Positions 26,334-32,047 of a DNA stretch of 32,047 nucleotides are shown piece by piece (the first letter of the stretch is position 1; every line of letters starts with the position of its first letter). This stretch comes from an uncultured bacterium (GTDB taxonomy: Bacteria > Hydrogenedentota > Hydrogenedentia > Hydrogenedentales > JAEUWI01): NCBI GenBank assembly GCA_963977445.1, contig CAXBPH010000054.1, positions 1-32,047 of the forward strand, read 5' to 3'. A model generated the notes under the pieces. The model had not been told where the DNA came from, ran no database searches, and worked only from the letters and a program-made list of their open reading frames with translations. Both the position numbers and the translations under genes were made by a program.

Positions 26334-28217
26334 TCAGTATTCTGCACGATAGGTGTATACCCACCATTCCAACACCAGTATCGCCAGACCGCCCACAAGC
26401 AGCCAACGCCACAATTCTTTGTTGAACACGATAGGCCCCTGGGCTGCTGCGAGTTCCTGGGATCCCATCGCCAGACGCTCTGCGGGGTGGATGGCCGACT
26501 CGGCCTGGTCAAGCAGGTTGACGGCGTAGAAATCGGTCACGTCTCCCCGGGCCACAACATAAGGCCCCGCCGTGTCGGTCGCCCCATAGTAGACCGGCCG
26601 CAGGGGATCCAGAGCCAGGGTCACCGTGCTGCCGTCGGGTGAGGTGATCTGGGCTTCCAACACCTCGGGCAGGGCATAGACCTCAAGGGGGCTTCCGGTT
26701 TCGACAGAGGTTTCTCCCGCGATACCACTATTGGGAAGCCATGCCAGGACGTTCTGCATGAACAGGGGAAAAGAGAGATGGAGGGGCCAATTCGAGTCCC
26801 CAATATCAAAGGTGATGAGGAGCATGGGCTGCAGGGCCTGACTGATATCGGCGATGAGGGGGCCACTTTCGGAGGAGACGAGCGTTGCCGCGCCGGGGGG
26901 TAAGGAAACCTGCAAGGCCTTCGAAACTGTGATGTTTCCCGGGTTGGTGTAGCGCAGGAGGGGGTGCTCTTTGTCTACCCCCATCACTGGCGGATTCGTA
27001 AGTTCGCCAACCTGTTCCAGGCCCTCCAGGGCGGGCAACGTGTTCACGAAAACCAGAGTCCCGCCGGGGAGGGTCTCCGGGGTCCATCCTTCATAGAGGT
27101 AGAGGTCCGTCTCTGCGTCCTCAAGATATTGCTCCGGCGTGCTCACCGAAAGACGCACCCGGGGATCCAGGGAGAAGACGTGGCGTAGCATGCTGAGCCC
27201 GATACTGTCCGCCGCGCCCACGAGGTAAATGTCGATAAAAGTTTCCTGCTTCACCGAAAGCCAGGCCGTGTTGTCCCGGGAAAGGCTGTCTTCCCGATCG
27301 AGAGACGCCCGCAGCAATCCTTCTTCCAGTTCCGGCAGGACAAATATGGCCTCATCGGTATCGCCGGGCGGTGCGGAAATTTCATCCACCCCGAGCAGGT
27401 GGTCTTCGAAGTAGAGGGAGAGGGTCGTCTCAATCGCTTCTTCGCTGTCGTTGTAAACCTGGATGAAACATTGGCGTTCTTCATCCACCGACGTGGTGTT
27501 GCGAACGCTGAAGCGGGTGATGCCGAGGTTATCTCTCGTTTCTCCGATTTTAATGTACTGCACGGGCAAACTCAGGGCGGCGAGGCGCTCACCTTCGGCA
27601 ATGTTGCCGTCGCTGAAGAGGAGCACTTCGAGGCCATGCACGACGGCCGTTACGTCGGGATTGGCCGGCGCGATAGAGCGAACAACCTGGGCGGCGTCGC
27701 GTATGTTGCTCCGCGTGTCGTGGGCTTCAATACCTTGTATGCCCTTTCGAAGATGATAGCGGTCATCGGTCAATTCGCAGCGGACATCCGCCGATCCCGA
27801 GAAGGCAATGACCATGGCCTTGTCGCCCCGCTCCATGGCGTCGATGACTTCGAGGGCCTTTTGCTGGGCCAGGGCGAGTCGGGTGCCATCGACTTCTTGC
27901 GTAAGCATACTGGCCGAGTTGTCGATGAGCAGGCAAAGATTGCGCCCTTCGATACCGCTTGATTTGATAAAGGGTCGGGTAAGGGCGAAGACCAGAAACA
28001 GGAGGATGAGAATCTGAAGCAATAAGAGAAGATTGCGGCGCAGTTTCTGGAAGGGCGCATTTGCCGTGAGATCCTGGAGACTTTTCATCCAGAGCATGGT
28101 GCTGGGAATGATGACCTCGGAACGCCGCAACTTGAGCAGGTAGAGGACGATCAACAGTGGTATGAGGCCCAGCAGGGCAAAGGCCTTGGGCGTGATGAAA
28201 AAATCGAGGGGATTCAT
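26334..28217 (-). CDS. BatA-domain plus vWA-domain membrane protein
   Basis: N-terminal BatA double-TM (PLLIVLYLLK...PSTMLW...LLLLQIL...ALTRP), MIDAS DNSASM, LLFSDG, C-terminal anchor LWRWLL...LEWW. ATGA overlap with DUF58. Confidence 0.9.
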   Translation of the reverse strand: MNPLDFFITPKAFALLGLIPLLIVLYLLKLRRSEVIIPSTMLWMKSLQDLTANAPFQKLRRNLLLLLQILILLFLVFALTRPFIKSSGIEGRNLCLLIDNSASMLTQEVDGTRLALAQQKALEVIDAMERGDKAMVIAFSGSADVRCELTDDRYHLRKGIQGIEAHDTRSNIRDAAQVVRSIAPANPDVTAVVHGLEVLLFSDGNIAEGERLAALSLPVQYIKIGETRDNLGITRFSVRNTTSVDEERQCFIQVYNDSEEAIETTLSLYFEDHLLGVDEISAPPGDTDEAIFVLPELEEGLLRASLDREDSLSRDNTAWLSVKQETFIDIYLVGAADSIGLSMLRHVFSLDPRVRLSVSTPEQYLEDAETDLYLYEGWTPETLPGGTLVFVNTLPALEGLEQVGELTNPPVMGVDKEHPLLRYTNPGNITVSKALQVSLPPGAATLVSSESGPLIADISQALQPMLLITFDIGDSNWPLHLSFPLFMQNVLAWLPNSGIAGETSVETGSPLEVYALPEVLEAQITSPDGSTVTLALDPLRPVYYGATDTAGPYVVARGDVTDFYAVNLLDQAESAIHPAERLAMGSQELAAAQGPIVFNKELWRWLLVGGLAILVLEWWVYTYRAEY

Positions 28218-29116
28218 CGCAAGAGCCCTCCTTTGCGAAAGACATCAAGGAGAATCGTTTCCACCTGGGTGTCACTGGAGACCAGGAAATGTCCCATGCC
28301 GTGTCCCAGGCAATAATTACGTACCTTTTCGATAAAGGCATCCCGATTCTGGTGGTACCGTTTCAGCAAGGCGCGGCTGACGGACACCTCGGTAAACTGC
28401 TCCGACTCGCTATCGACGAGCTTGAGATCACCCGTTAGTTCCGGTGATATTTCTTCTGGCGCGAGTACCTGAAGGACATAGACATCCGACCGGGTCGCAC
28501 AGAGTCGGCGCAATGCCGGCTCGAAGCCACCTTCGTCGAGGAAATCAGAGATTACAATGTAGACACCCCGACTACGCTGGCGCATGGAATAACTACGGAG
28601 GGATTCGTCGAGGTTGGTGCTGCCGCCAACTTCGGCATTCTGCAGAAAGGCAAAGAGCTTGTTGGCCGAAGCTTTTCCGCGAATTGGCGTGAGCCCTTCG
28701 GCGCGGTCGCCCGTGAGGAGGCCAACGGATACCCGGTCATAGCCGACAAGGCCAACGTAGCCCATGGCGGCCACCAGCTTCTGTCCAAAGGCGAATTTTT
28801 CCGGGGTGCCAAAGGCCATGGACTTGCTGGCATCGAGGAGGAGGTGGAGGGTGACGTCTTCAAATTCCTGAAACAACTTCAGATAGAGTTCATCGAGGCG
28901 CCCGTAAATATTCCAATCCACATGACGGAGATCATCCCCCTGGACGTAATTGCGGTAGTCGGCAAACTCCATACTCGTGCCCTTGCGCTTGCTACGGCGC
29001 TCACCCTTGGCTGCGCCGAGATGCACCTTTTTCACGGCGATGGCCAGCCGTTCGATGCGACGCAGAAAGGCTACATCCAGCAGGGGCGTAGTCGTTGTGG
29101 CAGGGGAGTCGCTCAA
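28214..29116 (-). CDS. DUF58 domain protein (vWA-like MoxR partner)
   Basis: EFADYRNYVQGDDLRHVDWNIYGR; LLLDASKSM; VISDF. TTG start overlaps the MoxR stop (TTGA). Confidence 0.92.
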   Translation of the reverse strand: MSDSPATTTTPLLDVAFLRRIERLAIAVKKVHLGAAKGERRSKRKGTSMEFADYRNYVQGDDLRHVDWNIYGRLDELYLKLFQEFEDVTLHLLLDASKSMAFGTPEKFAFGQKLVAAMGYVGLVGYDRVSVGLLTGDRAEGLTPIRGKASANKLFAFLQNAEVGGSTNLDESLRSYSMRQRSRGVYIVISDFLDEGGFEPALRRLCATRSDVYVLQVLAPEEISPELTGDLKLVDSESEQFTEVSVSRALLKRYHQNRDAFIEKVRNYCLGHGMGHFLVSSDTQVETILLDVFRKGGLLR

Positions 29117-30108
29117 GCCACCAGCTCCGCCGTCTTGACGCCATCAAGAATACCCTGGATAATCTGGTCGGAAATAACGCCTTCCGCGTCGGCCTCGAAG
29201 TTGACCAGCACCCGGTGACGGAGGGCGTGGAGGGCCGTTTGCTGGATATCGGCGAAGCTCACATTAAAGCGCCCCGCCCGCAAGGCCTGCACCTTCGCCG
29301 CAAGGAGGAGGGCCTGGGCACCACGAGGACTGGATCCGAAGCGCACATATTTTTTCACCATATCGGTGGCGTACTCGGTGCTCGGTTGGGTAGCAAGTAC
29401 GAGCCGTACCGCGTAGTCCGTTACCTGGGGCGCAGCCACCACATCGCGGACGAATCCCTGCCATTTACGGATTTCGTGACCGTCCATGACATTGTTGCCC
29501 GTCGCCACCTCCCGCGTCGTAGTCCGGTCGAGGATTTTGGTGAGGTCTTCCCGGCTGGGGAATTCTACGGCCACCTTCAGAAGAAAGCGATCGAGCTGGG
29601 CTTCCGGCAGGGGATAGGTGCCATCCATTTCGATGGGGTTCTGGGTGGCCAGCACAAAGAAGGGTTCTTCCAGTTTGTGGACAGTGCGTGCGACAGAGAC
29701 GGTGTGCTCCTGCATCGCCTCCAGCAGGGCAGACTGGGTTTTGGGTGTGGCGCGATTGATTTCGTCGGCCAGCACGATATTGGCGAAGATGGGACCCGCA
29801 CGGAACTCCATCTGGCGATGGCCCTTATCATCTTCAATAAGCATGTTGGTGCCGATGATATCGGCGGGCATCAGGTCGGGCGTGAACTGAATGCGGCTGA
29901 ACTTCAGATCCAGGGCCTCACTGATAGTCTTGACCAGCATGGTCTTGCCCAATCCGGGCACCCCTTCCAGGAGGCAGTGTCCCCCGGCGAAAATACAGGT
30001 CAGGACGGCTTCCACCGTGCCGGTACTGCCCACGATAACCCGACCGATTTCGTTTTGGAGCTTGTCAAAGACACTCCTGAATTCTTCGGCTTGTTTTTCC
30101 ACGGTCAT
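29113..30108 (-). CDS. moxR: MoxR family AAA+ ATPase (MoxR proper subfamily)
   Basis: SD AGGAGA precedes ATG 30108. Walker A GVPGLGKT, RIQFTPDLMPAD, Walker B LADEINRA, ATQNP, LPEAQLDRF, SPRG. Confidence 0.95.
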   Translation of the reverse strand: MTVEKQAEEFRSVFDKLQNEIGRVIVGSTGTVEAVLTCIFAGGHCLLEGVPGLGKTMLVKTISEALDLKFSRIQFTPDLMPADIIGTNMLIEDDKGHRQMEFRAGPIFANIVLADEINRATPKTQSALLEAMQEHTVSVARTVHKLEEPFFVLATQNPIEMDGTYPLPEAQLDRFLLKVAVEFPSREDLTKILDRTTTREVATGNNVMDGHEIRKWQGFVRDVVAAPQVTDYAVRLVLATQPSTEYATDMVKKYVRFGSSPRGAQALLLAAKVQALRAGRFNVSFADIQQTALHALRHRVLVNFEADAEGVISDQIIQGILDGVKTAELVA

Positions 30109-30225
30109 ATCAATTCTCCTGCTTCTTAATGGGGAAGTATTTCCCAAGTGACTGGGTCGTCATCACGCTATCGATTGTAGTGCTAAGCCCACGGACGGGG
30201 CGTGCCATTGGGGTTTTGGTGTCCA

Positions 30226-32046
30226 TCATGACTTGTCTCCCTTGCCAGTCTGCTTCTGGGCCTTTTCCTTGGCGGCGAGCAGCCGACTCGTATATTCCGA
30301 GGTACCTTGTTGCTTCGGTGTTCTCTCGGGGCCGCTGGCACTGCGCGTAGCGGTCGGTAGAACCACTTCGTTGCTTTCTGTGACAGTGCCGAAAGAGGGC
30401 GGCTCCGCAGCGGTGCCGTAGTCATGTTCCTGCGCTGCTGCCCGATAGACCCCCGTGACGGGCTGGGGGCGCAGGGGGGGCGCGGGGATAAAGCGTCGCA
30501 GCCCCGGCAGCGCATGAAATACTTTCCAGATGGGCGAAAGCAGGGTCATGGGCGAAATCATCACACGCCGGATGAACACCTCCAGGAGCAACAGGCAGGC
30601 CGCGAGTCCCGCGAGCCAGTGCCAGATGGGAAAGATATTGGCCGACGCTACCAGATCGTGTTCAAAGGGGTTGGTGGACTCGTCGAGCATACGGCCGCCA
30701 CCCAGCAGGGCGTATTTCTCCAGCAGGGGGGTGTTGGTGGAATTAAACTCATATTCTGCCGAGTAGTCCACCGCAAGGCCCGTGGGGATCATTTGCTGCA
30801 CTTCATTCTCATCGGCGTAGGTGAGGTTAATCATGTAGACGCCCGTGTCGCTGATGGGGAAGGTGCCTTCGTAGATACCCGGTCCCGACTGGGCCAGTGA
30901 TATCTCCTGGGAATCAAAGCCGGGCGTCGTCACCACGCCACGGGGACGAAGAAAGTTAATAAAATTGCCTTCACCATCGACTGCATCGATACGGACGACC
31001 CCATGGCCGTTTTCGCGGCGCGTTTCGACCCGAAATGCCGACGGGGTGAGTTCGCGGAGACTCCACCGCACGGTTTGCGCCCAGAAGCGGTCGTAACCTT
31101 CCCAGGGAAGCCATTTCACGCCCCAGCGGTTGGTTGCGTCGGAGGTAAAGGCCACCGCCTTGCCAAGGCCATAGCGCCAATGGGCCAGGACGGGGTCGCC
31201 CTCATCGGAGACGAGCGGTACCGTGGCCGTTTCCTTCGGGAAGGTCACCACGTAGCCTTGCAGGGAGGGGAGCTCCGTCGTGGCAAGGCCATAGAGCAAT
31301 TCAGAGTTGTGCATCGTCTGGGGCACAAACTCAATTTCACGAAAGACGCCCATCTTGACCACGGCCGCTTCCTTCGTGAAAATCTGGGGAAGTTTCTTGG
31401 GGTCCGTTACGAAATAGTATTCGCCCCCGGTGGCCTGAGCCATCCCCTTCAGCATGTTCTGATCGCTCATGCTGTGGGGATTGATACAAATGGTGCTGAT
31501 GGAAATGCCAGCATCGCGATAGGATTTCAGGTAGCTCGCGGGCGGCGCAGCAGGGTCCCCATCGGATATGAGGATGACCCGTTTTACGCCGGCATCGGAT
31601 TTCAACAGGGCCTGGTAGGCTTTTTTGATCGTTGGGGTGGTGTCGGGCATGTCGCCAAGATTGCGGCTCAACTTGTCGATGCTGGCGCGCATCAAGCTCT
31701 TGTCGCCCACGGGCTGTAATTCATAGATCCAATCGCCCGATGCAGGCAGATAGCCCATGGCACCCATCAGGTCCCGGGAAGACAGCACATTCAAGGAAGC
31801 CTTGGCGATTTCCGCCGCCCACGCGTTGCCATCGGCAAATTCGCAGGTGTGGAGAATGGCAATAAGGGCACCCCGGGGTAACACCTTCTTTTCTTTGATG
31901 TCCATGGAAACAGGGAGCACTTTTTCCACGGGGGTGTTCAGGTAGCCGCCGGCGCCGAAGCTGTTTGGTCCCCCAATCATGGTGAGCCCGATGCCATGGT
32001 CTCGCACCATTACTTCAAGCATATTCAGCTGGTCGGGACTTAATTC
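30226..32046 (-). CDS. vWA / GATase1-like (DUF1355-type) membrane-anchored protein, 5'-truncated by the window edge
   Basis: The frame is open to the edge (ELSPDQLNMLEV...). GLTMIGGPNSFGAGGY..TPVE..LPV, vWA-like region with ILISDGD, PVLAHWRYGLGKAVAFTSD...W, C-terminal TM (WHWL...LEVFIRR) and a tail ending SRLLAAKEKA. Confidence 0.88.
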   Translation of the reverse strand, partial: ELSPDQLNMLEVMVRDHGIGLTMIGGPNSFGAGGYLNTPVEKVLPVSMDIKEKKVLPRGALIAILHTCEFADGNAWAAEIAKASLNVLSSRDLMGAMGYLPASGDWIYELQPVGDKSLMRASIDKLSRNLGDMPDTTPTIKKAYQALLKSDAGVKRVILISDGDPAAPPASYLKSYRDAGISISTICINPHSMSDQNMLKGMAQATGGEYYFVTDPKKLPQIFTKEAAVVKMGVFREIEFVPQTMHNSELLYGLATTELPSLQGYVVTFPKETATVPLVSDEGDPVLAHWRYGLGKAVAFTSDATNRWGVKWLPWEGYDRFWAQTVRWSLRELTPSAFRVETRRENGHGVVRIDAVDGEGNFINFLRPRGVVTTPGFDSQEISLAQSGPGIYEGTFPISDTGVYMINLTYADENEVQQMIPTGLAVDYSAEYEFNSTNTPLLEKYALLGGGRMLDESTNPFEHDLVASANIFPIWHWLAGLAACLLLLEVFIRRVMISPMTLLSPIWKVFHALPGLRRFIPAPPLRPQPVTGVYRAAAQEHDYGTAAEPPSFGTVTESNEVVLPTATRSASGPERTPKQQGTSEYTSRLLAAKEKAQKQTGKGDKS

Positions 32047-32047
32047 G

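Noticed and set aside
29095..30129. 344-aa plus-strand ORF
   Set aside because: Antisense shadow of the highly conserved MoxR gene; no recognisable motifs.
1..32047. CRISPR arrays, tRNA/rRNA, IS elements, integrases, defence genes
   Set aside because: No regularly spaced repeats, RNA-gene signatures or mobile-element proteins were seen by eye. The MoxR-vWA set is of the DUF58/BatA type rather than a recognisable defence-associated type.

Overview
Bacterial chromosomal window of roughly 55-60% GC (by eye); the gene families resemble those of Planctomycetota or Hydrogenedentota-type organisms, but taxonomy is only an inference. There are four blocks. (1) 1-4531 (+) is a carbohydrate-utilisation segment: a truncated Gfo/Idh/MocA oxidoreductase, a DUF1080 protein, an SGNH hydrolase and a NupG-type MFS transporter. 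(2) 4775-11591 (+) is a czcCBA-type heavy-metal RND efflux operon. It is preceded by a near-consensus sigma70 promoter that appears to give a leaderless transcript of a small His-rich, signal-peptide-bearing ORF, followed by a hairpin-rich spacer; no czcRS/czcD is present in the window. (3) 11738-13543 (-) is a standalone acyl-CoA dehydrogenase. (4) 13881-32047 (-) is a >18 kb operon: vWA/GATase-like membrane protein, MoxR AAA+, DUF58, BatA-vWA, a large GATase-like membrane protein, one ABC ATPase, then five tandem paralogous ABC-2-type permeases, each apparently containing two fused permease modules. The best novelty candidates are the putative metal-sensing leader ORF of czcCBA and the MoxR/vWA-linked ABC system with its expanded permease array. 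No rRNA, tRNA, CRISPR array, transposase or integrase was recognised.
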